Positions 21,643 to 31,271 of a stretch of DNA of 64,000 nucleotides are shown piece after piece. The translations under genes and the position numbers were made by a program. Location of the stretch: positions 5,568,001 through 5,632,000 of the forward strand of contig OZ223209.1 of NCBI GenBank assembly GCA_965140415.1. Reading direction: 5' to 3'. The DNA is from Myxococcota bacterium (GTDB lineage: Bacteria > Myxococcota_A > SURF-8). The notes beneath the pieces were generated by a model, which was not told where the DNA came from, ran no database searches, and saw only the letters and a list, made by a program, of their open reading frames with translations. The first letter of the stretch is position 1; each line of letters starts with the position of its first letter.

Positions 21643-21680
21643 ATGTCTAGCCGGGATATATCCGGCATCCGGAAAAACCT

Positions 21681-21714
21681 GCGCCCCTTCATGCAAACGT
21701 GAAGGGGCGTTTTT
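21681..21714 (+). terminator. Intrinsic terminator
   Basis: GCGCCCCTTCA-loop-TGAAGGGGCGT followed by TTTT. Confidence 0.8.
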
Positions 21715-21782
21715 ATTTGCGGCAGTGCTAACATATTCGGGTTGGGTGATTTCACCTGACAATTTCTTGATGGTTCAAATCA

Positions 21783-21947
21783 GTAGGATGGGCATTTGCC
21801 ATGCCCATCTTATTCAATGATTGGATCGATGGGCAAAACAATTGCCCATACCTCTTGATGGTTCAAGGCTCTGTCTTGAACCTTGCGTTTTCGGTCGGGG
21901 CTCCTGTCCCGACCACGAAGGCAAACGTCAGGAGCATGACGGGAGCC
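21783..21947. repeat. Cluster of REP-like hairpins
   Basis: GTAG+GATGGGCAT..ATGCCCATC; ATGGGCAA..TTGCCCAT; GGTTCAAG..CTTGAACC; GGTCGGG..CCCGACC+AC; GGAGCATG half (partner at 23263-23270). Confidence 0.7.
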
Positions 21948-23253
21948 CACAGCTGTCCCGTTAACTATTGAATAATTCCAACTGCTTACCAAAAGGGATA
22001 TTGGTAGGCAGGGAGGCGTTTGCCTTTAGCACCTGTAAAATGGGGCTTTCCTCGAAAAGCGTGACGCTTAAAATCTGTAGAATCGTCATCAAACTGTGCT
22101 CGAGATTCAGATCCTTTTTCAGAATCGCAACCAACAGATAAACCGTAATCGAAATCCACACTTGTGTCTTTACCGCATTGGCGCTGCGACCGTAAAACGC
22201 CTTGATTCGCAGATTCTGTTTGATCCATTTGAAAAACACTTCGATACTCCACCGCAGCCGGTACAAGTCCGGAATCGTTTCCGAAGAAAGATCAAAGTTG
22301 TTGGTCAGCCAGACAAATCGGGTGTTCGATTCTGGATCGATGTAGTTGATTCGCCGCACATGATCCGGATAGCGTCGAATGGAAGCACGGTCCACGAAGC
22401 TCACGGTCTGATCGGCGCGCAATCCCAAGCTCTTGTCGATGGGGTGTGAATAGATTCGCTTTGTGCTGGTGTTCTTGCTGGCTCTAAGAATGAAGAAGGC
22501 TCCCGCCCGATGGATGCGATGCATGCGTCCGTAATCGACATAACCGCGATCCATGATATAAAATGCGCCCGCTTCCAAAGGCAGAATATCCAGTAAACGC
22601 TTGTCATGGCTCTTGCCGTCCGTAATGGAAATAAAGGCGGGAATCCGTCCGCGAAGGTCCATTTGCGTGTGAAGACGCAATGATCCATTGTATCGCGTGA
22701 ATTTGGCCCATGGAAAAAGCGACAAACTCAAATCAATCGCTGTCGTGTCGAGCGCGTAGGTGGTGGCGTCTAGGTCGACGGCGAGCTTCTCGTCCGCATA
22801 CAGCGCGCGGGCGCGCCGTATCAGGGGCTGAGCGAGATCTGCGTAAATGCGCCAGTCGCGTTTTTCATTCGCTCTGGCCAGTGTGTTGCGAGAGACTTTT
22901 CCACGCAGACCCATGTGATAAAGTTTCAGCTGAATAGCCCGCAAGGTCGCTTCAATATCGCGCAGGCTTTCGCGGTAGGCCAGCTGGGCAAATGCCATGC
23001 AAATGAATTGATCCATACAGGAAAAGGTACGAATGCGCTTGTTCCCCTGATAGCGATTGACACAACGGCGGAAATGGCGATCCGGCAAATAGTCGAGCAC
23101 TTGCGAAAAGACAGTCTGTGTCATTTTGATCTCCTGCATTTCTTGACTATTCGAAATGCAGAAAAACTATCGCGGACACCTGATAATCACAAATTCAATC
23201 TGTAATAATAAGTAGTTGTAGCGCTGAACCTGGAAGTTAGCGGGACAGCTGTG
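21948..23253 (-). mobile_element. IS4-family insertion sequence, 1306 bp
   Basis: 19-bp TIR CACAGCTGTCCCG(T/C)TAACT; 10-bp TSD GACGGGAGCC at 21938-21947 and 23254-23263. Confidence 0.95.
21961..23124 (-). CDS. IS4-family DDE transposase (DUF4372 N-terminus)
   Basis: ALDTT, IMDRGY, Y.LRW.IEVFFKWIKQ (YREK motif); GGAG RBS before ATG 23124. Confidence 0.95.
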   Translation of the reverse strand: MTQTVFSQVLDYLPDRHFRRCVNRYQGNKRIRTFSCMDQFICMAFAQLAYRESLRDIEATLRAIQLKLYHMGLRGKVSRNTLARANEKRDWRIYADLAQPLIRRARALYADEKLAVDLDATTYALDTTAIDLSLSLFPWAKFTRYNGSLRLHTQMDLRGRIPAFISITDGKSHDKRLLDILPLEAGAFYIMDRGYVDYGRMHRIHRAGAFFILRASKNTSTKRIYSHPIDKSLGLRADQTVSFVDRASIRRYPDHVRRINYIDPESNTRFVWLTNNFDLSSETIPDLYRLRWSIEVFFKWIKQNLRIKAFYGRSANAVKTQVWISITVYLLVAILKKDLNLEHSLMTILQILSVTLFEESPILQVLKANASLPTNIPFGKQLELFNS

Positions 23254-23296
23254 GACGGGAGCCATGCTCCAACGTTAGAAACGGATTGCAAACGCC

Positions 23297-24145
23297 CTAT
23301 CCCTTAACTCCTCCGGCGGTCAGACCGCCAACCAGATGTTTTTGCAGCGCGAAGAACAGCGCCATGACCGGCAGCGAAACAATGATCGCCCCGGCGGCAA
23401 AGCGGCCCCACTCCGTGGAATAATCCCCGACGTAGCGTTGTAGAGCGACCGGCAGGGTAAAGGCCTTCTCGTCGCTTAAAAACGTGGCGGCCAGAATGAA
23501 CTCGTTCCAGGCAGTCATAAAGGAAAAGAGCGCCGTCACCACAACCGCCGGTTTGGTCAGCGGCATGACGATCGTTAAAAAGATACGCAGATGCCCCGCG
23601 CCATCCATCACCGCCGCCTCTTCCAGATCCTTGGGAATGGTATCGATATAGCCTTTCAGCATCCAGACGCAGAAAGGAATGGCGGTGGTGGCATACACCA
23701 GGGTCAACCCGGCCATCGAATCGAGCAGGTGCAGCTTGTTTAGCAGGATATACAATGGAATCGCCATCACGACACCGGGGAACATCTGCGTGATCAGCAA
23801 CAGGTTCAACCCGACATTACGCCCCGGAAAGACGAAGCGCGAAAAGGCGTAGGCGGCGGGAGTCGCCAAAAAGATCCCCAATAAGGTCGTCGCAGCCGCG
23901 ACCAGCACGCTGTTCCAGAGCCAGTGACCGAACAGCCAGCTTCCGTCTCTGGCGGTTTGAGAGACCACTTCCATCAGGTTCTGCGAACTGACGCTCTCCG
24001 GTATCGGCGACAGGGAGAGCGAAAACGCCTGCGAGGGCGTCAGCGCCATCTTGATCACCCAAAGCACCGGATACAGTGTAACCGCGCAGATCACGATCAG
24101 CAGCAGGTTTAACAGGATGGCTTTTACAAGTGACGGTCTGTTCAT
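23297..24145 (-). CDS. malG: Sugar ABC transporter permease, MalG-like
   Basis: EAA loop LEEAAVMDGA, WNEF, GLTAGGVKG terminus. Confidence 0.9.
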   Translation of the reverse strand: MNRPSLVKAILLNLLLIVICAVTLYPVLWVIKMALTPSQAFSLSLSPIPESVSSQNLMEVVSQTARDGSWLFGHWLWNSVLVAAATTLLGIFLATPAAYAFSRFVFPGRNVGLNLLLITQMFPGVVMAIPLYILLNKLHLLDSMAGLTLVYATTAIPFCVWMLKGYIDTIPKDLEEAAVMDGAGHLRIFLTIVMPLTKPAVVVTALFSFMTAWNEFILAATFLSDEKAFTLPVALQRYVGDYSTEWGRFAAGAIIVSLPVMALFFALQKHLVGGLTAGGVKG

Positions 24146-24146
24146 C

Positions 24147-26504
24147 TTACACCTCCTTGGCCCCGACCAGTCGGCGCGTGAGGCTCGAATAGGTCAGCAG
24201 CACCAGGAATATCAACGTAGCGTAGGCAGCAGCATAGCCGTACTGTTCCTGCCGCGTAAAGGCCCAGCGATACGCTTCCGTAATCAGGATTTCGGTGGCT
24301 CCGTCCGGTTCGCCGCCACTGACCAGATAGATGATATTGAACATGTTGAAGGTCCACACGCTGCCCAGAATCACCGCAGGCAATAGCGCCGGTTTCAATA
24401 GCGGCAGGGTAATGCGGAAAAAGCGGGTAATGCGCCCTGCACCGTCGATTTCCGCCGCTTCCTCCAGATCGCGAGGGATGGCCTGTAACGCGCCCAGGGT
24501 AACAACCATCATAAAGGGGAAGCCCAGCCAGGTGTTGGTGGCGACATTGGCCGCAAAGCTGGTCCAGAAATGCGAGAACCAGCTCACCGGTTGGATGTCC
24601 AGCCCGAAGCAGTCTCCCGCACTCACGATCAGGGCATTGATCGCCCCGAACTGCTTATGGAACATGCCTTTCCAGATCAGCGCGGTGATGTAGTTGGGCA
24701 CCGCCCAGGGTACGATCAACAGCACGCGATAGACGCCGCGCAGCCGCATCCAGGGATCGCGCAACAATAGCGCCAGCATCAGCCCCACCGAAACATGCAG
24801 AAAAACGTTTACTGCCGTCCACATCACTGTCACGCCAAGTGTGAAATAGAAAGAGAGCGGATCGTCGATGGCGTAATCGCTGCTGGAGATGATGTTGAAG
24901 AAATTGGCCAGCCCCACAAACGTAAAGCTGCCTTCGCGATGAGCGAAAAAGGCCACCGCCGTTCCGACGATGAAGGGCACGAAGACCAGCAGCAACAGGC
25001 TCACGGCCATCGGCAGCAAATACAGATAGGCCGCGCGTCCTCGCCAGAAACGAGCGAAGCCGCCCGCACGTATAAAGCTTAAGATCCAAAAGAGCAGACC
25101 CAACGCGATCAGCGCCGCCAGGGCGTGCAAATAGGGGCGCGCATCTTCCTGCTGCGGTTTGGGGCGCGTAAGCACGCGCAGACGAGCCTGGGCCGTTTGC
25201 AAAGCTTCTGTAGCCGTACTCGCTCCGCGTAACGTCTTTCGCAACGCCTGCGCCGCCGGTTCCCAGACGGCGCGCATCATCGGATTATTGGGCATCGGTG
25301 CGCTTTGATCGGCCATCTTCATGAAGCCGATCAGCATCTCATCCGATCCGGCTGCGATCACCTTGTCAACCACTGCCCGATCCGCCACCGCCTGTCGTCC
25401 GACTTCCGCCCGCACACGCGCACCCTCGCCCAACGCAAGATACCGCGCCACTTCAATGGCGGTCTGTTTGTTGGTGGAGTAGGTCGAAAGCAGCGCAGCT
25501 TCCACCGTCAGAAAAGGCTTGGCCCGCTTTCCAGTGGTCGAAACAATCGGCAAAGCTGCGATGCCGACATTCAGTTTCTCATCCAGCTCCCCCAAAAACC
25601 AGGGACCGTTGATCACCATGGCGGCCTTAGAGCTATTGAACAATTCCGTAACGAGTGCGCCGCTGGCTTCTTCCGGGATCAACCCCTCTTTGGTCAGTCG
25701 CGCCACAAACGCAAAGGAATCCGCGTTGGCGGGGGTATCCAGGCGGATGGAACCATCATAGCGGAACAGGCTGCCGCCAAAACCGAACAACCAGGGGGCA
25801 TGATGATAAAAACTGCCCGACTCATACGCCAGACCGTAGCGCCCGGCTCGTTTTTGCTTTTGCAGAAAGAGCCGCAACTCGCGTGTATCTTGGGGTAGAT
25901 CGATCACGCGATGACAGATGCGCTGCACTTCGGCTTTTTTGGCCTTGGTTTTCTTTGCCTTGCCTCTTCTCTTGTCTTTCTTCTTGCCCTTGCGCGGATT
26001 CGCTTCTGTCACCGCTTCCGGTTCGACGATCGTGCACTGCTCGTGCGAATCCATCAGATCCTTGTTGTAAAGTAGCGCCAACGATTTAAACGCCAGCGGC
26101 CAGCCATACAATTTACCCTCGACCGTCAGAGGATCGAGCGTCTGAGAAACGAAGGCTTGCCGCTCTTGCAATGATAACGTCACGGTATCGATCAGTCCCG
26201 AGCGCGACCAGTCTCCCACACGCTCGTGCGCAAAGATGAACAGGTCCGGTCCGTTGCCGTTGGGAATGGCGGAACTGAGCTTATTGGCATAGGCTTCATA
26301 GGGAATGGCCAGCAGTTCGATTTCACGATCCAGGTAGCGGTCGTTCCACTTGCGCGCAAGCTGTTCCAGCGCCTGCCGCTCCTCGCCCCGGTAGCTATGC
26401 CATACAACCACCGGTTCGGCCTGCGCCAGACTGCAAAGCAGCAGCAAAAGCAGCACAGCAAGCGCAGTGCATCCCATCAATCTCGAAGCCCAGCGCCTAG
26501 GCAT
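24147..26504 (-). CDS. Fused maltodextrin-binding protein (MalE-like) and permease (MalF-like)
   Basis: GPDLFIFAHERVG, LLYNKDL, AAMVINGPW, PMPNNP.M..VW, then TM helices with LEEAAEIDGA and TFNMFNIIYL. Confidence 0.9.
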   Translation of the reverse strand: MPRRWASRLMGCTALAVLLLLLLCSLAQAEPVVVWHSYRGEERQALEQLARKWNDRYLDREIELLAIPYEAYANKLSSAIPNGNGPDLFIFAHERVGDWSRSGLIDTVTLSLQERQAFVSQTLDPLTVEGKLYGWPLAFKSLALLYNKDLMDSHEQCTIVEPEAVTEANPRKGKKKDKRRGKAKKTKAKKAEVQRICHRVIDLPQDTRELRLFLQKQKRAGRYGLAYESGSFYHHAPWLFGFGGSLFRYDGSIRLDTPANADSFAFVARLTKEGLIPEEASGALVTELFNSSKAAMVINGPWFLGELDEKLNVGIAALPIVSTTGKRAKPFLTVEAALLSTYSTNKQTAIEVARYLALGEGARVRAEVGRQAVADRAVVDKVIAAGSDEMLIGFMKMADQSAPMPNNPMMRAVWEPAAQALRKTLRGASTATEALQTAQARLRVLTRPKPQQEDARPYLHALAALIALGLLFWILSFIRAGGFARFWRGRAAYLYLLPMAVSLLLLVFVPFIVGTAVAFFAHREGSFTFVGLANFFNIISSSDYAIDDPLSFYFTLGVTVMWTAVNVFLHVSVGLMLALLLRDPWMRLRGVYRVLLIVPWAVPNYITALIWKGMFHKQFGAINALIVSAGDCFGLDIQPVSWFSHFWTSFAANVATNTWLGFPFMMVVTLGALQAIPRDLEEAAEIDGAGRITRFFRITLPLLKPALLPAVILGSVWTFNMFNIIYLVSGGEPDGATEILITEAYRWAFTRQEQYGYAAAYATLIFLVLLTYSSLTRRLVGAKEV

Positions 26505-27606
26505 GTTCGCCTCCGTTTTCGGGACGCAGAGCCTTACCGCTGTCCGGGTCGAACAGATGTACTACGTCGGGATCGACTTGGAAACTGACGCGCTTCTGTC
26601 CGGCAATCTCGCCCGCCTCATCGGCAGGTAGCTGCGCCACGACGGGATTGGAACCCATTTCGGCATGAACCAGCATTTCCCAACCCAATGGCTCGGTCAC
26701 ACTCACCGTCGCCACCATGACGCCGGGGAAATCGCCGGAAAACTTCAGATCGTGCGGACGCACACCCACGATCACGTTAGTGGGCAGCGGCGAAAGCTGC
26801 GCGTAGCTTTTCGGCAACAGCAGTTCAAAGCCGGGACCGCTTACCAGCGGCGTCTCTTCGATGCGGAACACGCCCTCGAAAAAGTTCATTTGCGGCGATC
26901 CGATAAACGACGCTACAAAGCGATTGGCCGGGCGGTCGAACAGTTCCTGCGGCGTTCCGACCTGCTGCAACACACCACTCTCCAATACCGCGATGCGATC
27001 CGCAAGGGTCATCGCCTCCACCTGGTCGTGGGTGACGTAAATCATGGTCGACTGCAAACGCTGGTGCAGCTTCTTCAATTCAAGCCGCATGCGTGTGCGC
27101 AAGGAGGCGTCAAGGTTAGACAGCGGCTCGTCGAAAAGAAACACCTTCGGGTTGCGCACGATGGCGCGCCCCATGGCCACGCGCTGGCGCTGGCCGCCGG
27201 AAAGCTGCTTGGGCAACCGATCCAATAGCGGCGAAAGATCCAGTAACCCGGCCACTTCCTCCACGCGCTTTTTGATCTCCGCCTTCTTTACGCGCCGCAC
27301 CGAAAGCGAAAAACCCATATTCTCGCGCACCGTCATGTGCGGATACAACGCATAGCTTTGAAAAACCATGGCGCAGTCGCGATCCTTGGGACGCAGACGG
27401 TTGACCACCCGTCCGTCGATGCGCAGACTGCCGCTGGTAATGTCCTCCAGCCCCGCGATGCAGCGCAGTAGGGTGGACTTGCCGCAACCGCTGGGACCGA
27501 CGAGCACCATGAATTCGCCATCGGCGATGTCCAGTTCGATTCCCTTTAGAATGTGGACTTTGCCGTCGTATACTTTTTCGATTCGCTGCAATCCGAGTTT
27601 CGCCAT
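26497..27606 (-). CDS. malK: Sugar ABC transporter ATPase
   Basis: GPSGCGKS, LSGGQRQR, FLFDEPLSNLD, YVTHDQ, TOBE domain. Confidence 0.92.
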   Translation of the reverse strand: MAKLGLQRIEKVYDGKVHILKGIELDIADGEFMVLVGPSGCGKSTLLRCIAGLEDITSGSLRIDGRVVNRLRPKDRDCAMVFQSYALYPHMTVRENMGFSLSVRRVKKAEIKKRVEEVAGLLDLSPLLDRLPKQLSGGQRQRVAMGRAIVRNPKVFLFDEPLSNLDASLRTRMRLELKKLHQRLQSTMIYVTHDQVEAMTLADRIAVLESGVLQQVGTPQELFDRPANRFVASFIGSPQMNFFEGVFRIEETPLVSGPGFELLLPKSYAQLSPLPTNVIVGVRPHDLKFSGDFPGVMVATVSVTEPLGWEMLVHAEMGSNPVVAQLPADEAGEIAGQKRVSFQVDPDVVHLFDPDSGKALRPENGGEHA

Positions 27607-27612
27607 GGTCCG

Positions 27613-29580
27613 CTACCTCGCGATAAAGATCTTGCCGCTAAACGCAGGAAGTACAATGCTCACGCTACCGCCCGCTCCTACCGTCACCTGCTCGCCGGAA
27701 GAGTTGAACACATCCGTCAACGTCGTTCCGGCAGCAAAGCCGGTGGACATATCGTTGCCGTTGCCGTCGGTGGTGCTGGAGGCTTTCGTCTGCGATGTGT
27801 TGATCACCACCAGCGCGCGCTCACCGCTCGTCATGACGCGCTCGAACGCATAGATGCCGGCGTCGATTTCGTCGCCGGTGTGATCGGTCGTCCAGCGAAT
27901 GTCCAACTCGCCGTACATCAACGGCTTATGCGCCTTGCGCAGCGCAATCAATTTCTGAATGTGCTTGAACGTCGTGCCGTCCGTGGCATAACCGGTCGTC
28001 CACATGTCCTCGCGGTTTGCCGGATCGTTGCCGCCGTTGAAGTCCTGCTCGGTGCCGTAGTAGATGCAGGGGATGCCGTCGGTGGTTAAAATGTAGAACA
28101 ACGCCAGCCGCAAGCCGTCGGGATCGTCGTATTCGTACAGGTAGCGCGACAGATCGTGGTTATCCAAAAAACTCACCAGCAGTTGCTGGGGAACCAGCGG
28201 CGTATTGTCGTAGCCTAGCGGCCCGTCGGTATGCGGCTGATCCGAATAATTGCTTACCCGTTCGTCATACAGCCATTGGAACTGGCTGGTTGCTCCACCG
28301 TATTTGAAGACCGAATCGATCACGTACTTCTGGCTGAAATAGAACACGCCATCTACGCTGTCGTTATAGGTATAGCTGCCCAGAAGCGGATCGTAGCCGT
28401 CGAAGACTTCGCCGAACATGTAGAAATTATCCTTGCCCAGTTGTTTGGCGCGCTGGCGCATGGCGGGGCAGAACTGCTCGAAAAACTCGTGCTCGACGTG
28501 CTTCAATGTGTCGATGCGGAAGCCATCCAAATCCGCCGCTTCAATCCAATAAGCGAAGACATCGATCAGCGCCTGGCGCACTTCCGGCAAGGTGGTTTTG
28601 ATATCCTTCAGCCCGCCGGGAAAATCTCCCAGAGTTTCCTGCTGCCTCACGTAACTCCAACAGGCCTCGTAAGAGCGCCACTCGCCGCCTTTGGTTGCGA
28701 TGAATTCCTCCTGCTCCTCGCAAGGTTTGTTGGCTGCCAGTTTGGCGTCGCAGACGTCATCGGGCACTGAAACTTTTCCGGCAGCGATACAAGCCTCCAT
28801 TTCGCGCCCCCAGACCGTCACCCGGCCCTTGCGGTTATACCAGTCGGGATTCTGGAACACTTCCGGAATCGGTGGTGTGCGGGAAATAGACGGCATATTC
28901 ACAAAACGTACGGGAGCCAGTCCGCTCGGTCCCAAGGAGGTAAACGACTGGATGCCGTCTTCATTGTAGTCGGGGTCCCATTCGGTCACGCGCTTCAAAT
29001 CCGAACTGCTGCCCGAGCCTTCCAGCCACTCGTCGGGCTGTCCGTTTTTATTGATATCGTAATAGAAAAGCTGGCCGACGTGATTGACCACCACATCCAA
29101 AATGATTTTGATGCCGCGCTCGTGGCAAGCATTGGACAACTCCCGCAACTTCGCCAGATCGCCGAAGTGCGGGTTGGTGCTTACAAAATCCTGCGTCCAG
29201 TAACCATGATAGGCACTGAAACCGGCGTCCTCATCCACGTTCTTGACAACCGGGGAAATCCACAAGGCGGTCACGCCCAGTTGCTCGATATAGTCGAGTT
29301 TGTCGATCAGCCCCTGCCAGTCGCCGCCGTGCCAGCCGCCCGGATTGCTTGAGTCCACGTTGACATCGTTGGAAAGATCGCCATTGGCGAAACGGTCGAT
29401 CATCACCTGGTAAATCACCTCTTCGCGCCAGTCGGTAACGTGCGAACCGATTTTCCAGTCGCCGTCGACCGGGGCCGTATCCACACAGGAAACGAGCAGC
29501 AACAGCAACAATCCGACCGGTAGAATCGGCGCAAAAACAAGATGACCTTTTTTTCGATTTATCCTCATCATCGCCCCCAT
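27613..29580 (-). CDS. GH13 alpha-amylase family lipoprotein
   Basis: Lipobox LVSC; YHGYW, DVVVNH, DGFRIDTLKH, FGEV, FLDNHD catalytic regions. Confidence 0.93.
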   Translation of the reverse strand: MGAMMRINRKKGHLVFAPILPVGLLLLLLVSCVDTAPVDGDWKIGSHVTDWREEVIYQVMIDRFANGDLSNDVNVDSSNPGGWHGGDWQGLIDKLDYIEQLGVTALWISPVVKNVDEDAGFSAYHGYWTQDFVSTNPHFGDLAKLRELSNACHERGIKIILDVVVNHVGQLFYYDINKNGQPDEWLEGSGSSSDLKRVTEWDPDYNEDGIQSFTSLGPSGLAPVRFVNMPSISRTPPIPEVFQNPDWYNRKGRVTVWGREMEACIAAGKVSVPDDVCDAKLAANKPCEEQEEFIATKGGEWRSYEACWSYVRQQETLGDFPGGLKDIKTTLPEVRQALIDVFAYWIEAADLDGFRIDTLKHVEHEFFEQFCPAMRQRAKQLGKDNFYMFGEVFDGYDPLLGSYTYNDSVDGVFYFSQKYVIDSVFKYGGATSQFQWLYDERVSNYSDQPHTDGPLGYDNTPLVPQQLLVSFLDNHDLSRYLYEYDDPDGLRLALFYILTTDGIPCIYYGTEQDFNGGNDPANREDMWTTGYATDGTTFKHIQKLIALRKAHKPLMYGELDIRWTTDHTGDEIDAGIYAFERVMTSGERALVVINTSQTKASSTTDGNGNDMSTGFAAGTTLTDVFNSSGEQVTVGAGGSVSIVLPAFSGKIFIAR

Positions 29581-31085
29581 CAGCGATAGCTGCTGTTAAA
29601 CCACCACTCGACCTGTACGCCCAAGTAGTGTTGCCAGGATTTGCTGCGACGCACGTCCTTCAAGGGGAAGACGTCTTTCGCCCCCTTGTTCAAATAGCTT
29701 GCCGTATAGACCAAGCGGAACTGCGGACGCTGGTAGGTGCCCCGATCCCAGGACAGAATTTCCATAATGGACAACTGGGTGACCTGCGGTGTCAGATGCG
29801 TCTTGTACACCGGCGATAACCCGGTCGAGTTGCGCCACTGGTAACCCAATTCGAATCCCTGGTGAAAGTGATCGGTAATGAAAATGATCGGCCTTACCGC
29901 CAGCGCGCCTTCCCAGAAATCATCCAGGTCATACTTATTGGGATCGGCGTCTTTGAACTTGCGCGCGTAAAACGCACCCATCACGCCGACCCAGTGACTT
30001 TCCCAGTTGAACGACAGGCCGGTCACGAGTTCATGAGCGCCGCCGGTGGTGTTGTCGGTTCCAAGTCCCCAGGGTGAGCTCCATTCTCCGTAAGCGGCCA
30101 AGCCCTCGGCGTAGCGCACAAACAGGTTCAAATGCGTATTTTTACCGAAGCCCCAGAATCCGACTTCCCCGCCGATCAACCAGCCTTTATCTTTGGGTAA
30201 CTCTTCCGTTTGCATCGCTTCTTCATCGGTATAGGTGCCGGAAGGCAGGTGGTGATATTCGCCGTACAAGCTGACTTTCAATGAAAAGCTGCCCACCAGT
30301 TCCTGTGCCATGTACGTGGCCTTCGCCGAAGCGATGATGCGCTGGCGATTTAACGTCTCCACCGTTTCGGAGCCGAACCAGCGCCCCGGCACGTCGATCG
30401 TTTGCAGTTGATAGTCATTGGTCAGGCGATTGACACCGGCCTGCGCCTTGATCTCCCAGCTTTTGTCGTCGCTCAATCTCACGCCGCCGCCGTAGGTGTT
30501 CAAATTGTCCAGCGGCCAGAAGTCGAACAGGTAGATGTCGTCGCCGCGATACATGCGCGAACCGACCCAAACTTTGACGTAAGGCAGAAATCCGTCCGCT
30601 TCGGCGTAGAGATTACGCAGCGCCAATCGCTGATCCAGATCGCCGGTGAAATGAAAGAACTCTTCGAACAGCGCCAGAGTGATCTGGATGCGCACGCCAA
30701 AGCCGTCCTTGTGGTGCATGCCGTAACCGAAATCCAGTTCGGCATACGGACCCTCCAACAGGCGGGGACCGTGAGATACCACGTTCACGCCCTGCCCGCT
30801 GTGACCGTCGAAATCGGTGGTAGCCTGGATACGGCCATAGCTGCCGAACTGAAAGCCATCTTCCGGATGTGCGGGAGCGGCTTTGGCGCTGGTTTTTTCT
30901 TCAGGCACTTCCTTTTGTGGCGGCGAATCAGAGTCGGACGCCTGCTCATCCTCCGGCGTTTCTGCCAGTACGCCGCAGGGACAGGCCAACCCAAGAACAA
31001 GCAACAGCAAAGCAATCCACCGCGACAGAACCCGCAGACCGCCGGACGCGGTGGTACGTCTTCGTTTTACAATCTGTAGTTGCAT
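29580..31085 (-). CDS. LamB-like carbohydrate porin
   Basis: FGSYGR, WVGSRMYRGDDIYLFDFWPL, RPQFRL, GVQVEWWF terminus; first gene of the mal operon. Confidence 0.85.
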   Translation of the reverse strand: MQLQIVKRRRTTASGGLRVLSRWIALLLLVLGLACPCGVLAETPEDEQASDSDSPPQKEVPEEKTSAKAAPAHPEDGFQFGSYGRIQATTDFDGHSGQGVNVVSHGPRLLEGPYAELDFGYGMHHKDGFGVRIQITLALFEEFFHFTGDLDQRLALRNLYAEADGFLPYVKVWVGSRMYRGDDIYLFDFWPLDNLNTYGGGVRLSDDKSWEIKAQAGVNRLTNDYQLQTIDVPGRWFGSETVETLNRQRIIASAKATYMAQELVGSFSLKVSLYGEYHHLPSGTYTDEEAMQTEELPKDKGWLIGGEVGFWGFGKNTHLNLFVRYAEGLAAYGEWSSPWGLGTDNTTGGAHELVTGLSFNWESHWVGVMGAFYARKFKDADPNKYDLDDFWEGALAVRPIIFITDHFHQGFELGYQWRNSTGLSPVYKTHLTPQVTQLSIMEILSWDRGTYQRPQFRLVYTASYLNKGAKDVFPLKDVRRSKSWQHYLGVQVEWWFNSSYR

Positions 31086-31271
31086 AGAAGATCTTCCCCT
31101 CGAAAGGTGAACGTAGCACTCCCCGCACATACGTGCATATCCACTTTAATCAATGCGGCGGCTAGGCACAAGCCGAATTCGAATGAATTTTTACTGAAAA
31201 ATCAAGCCACAAACAGCAACATGGCCGGGGCAAAACGCCTCGGCCATGTGAAAGTCGAAAGGATTTGGGCG

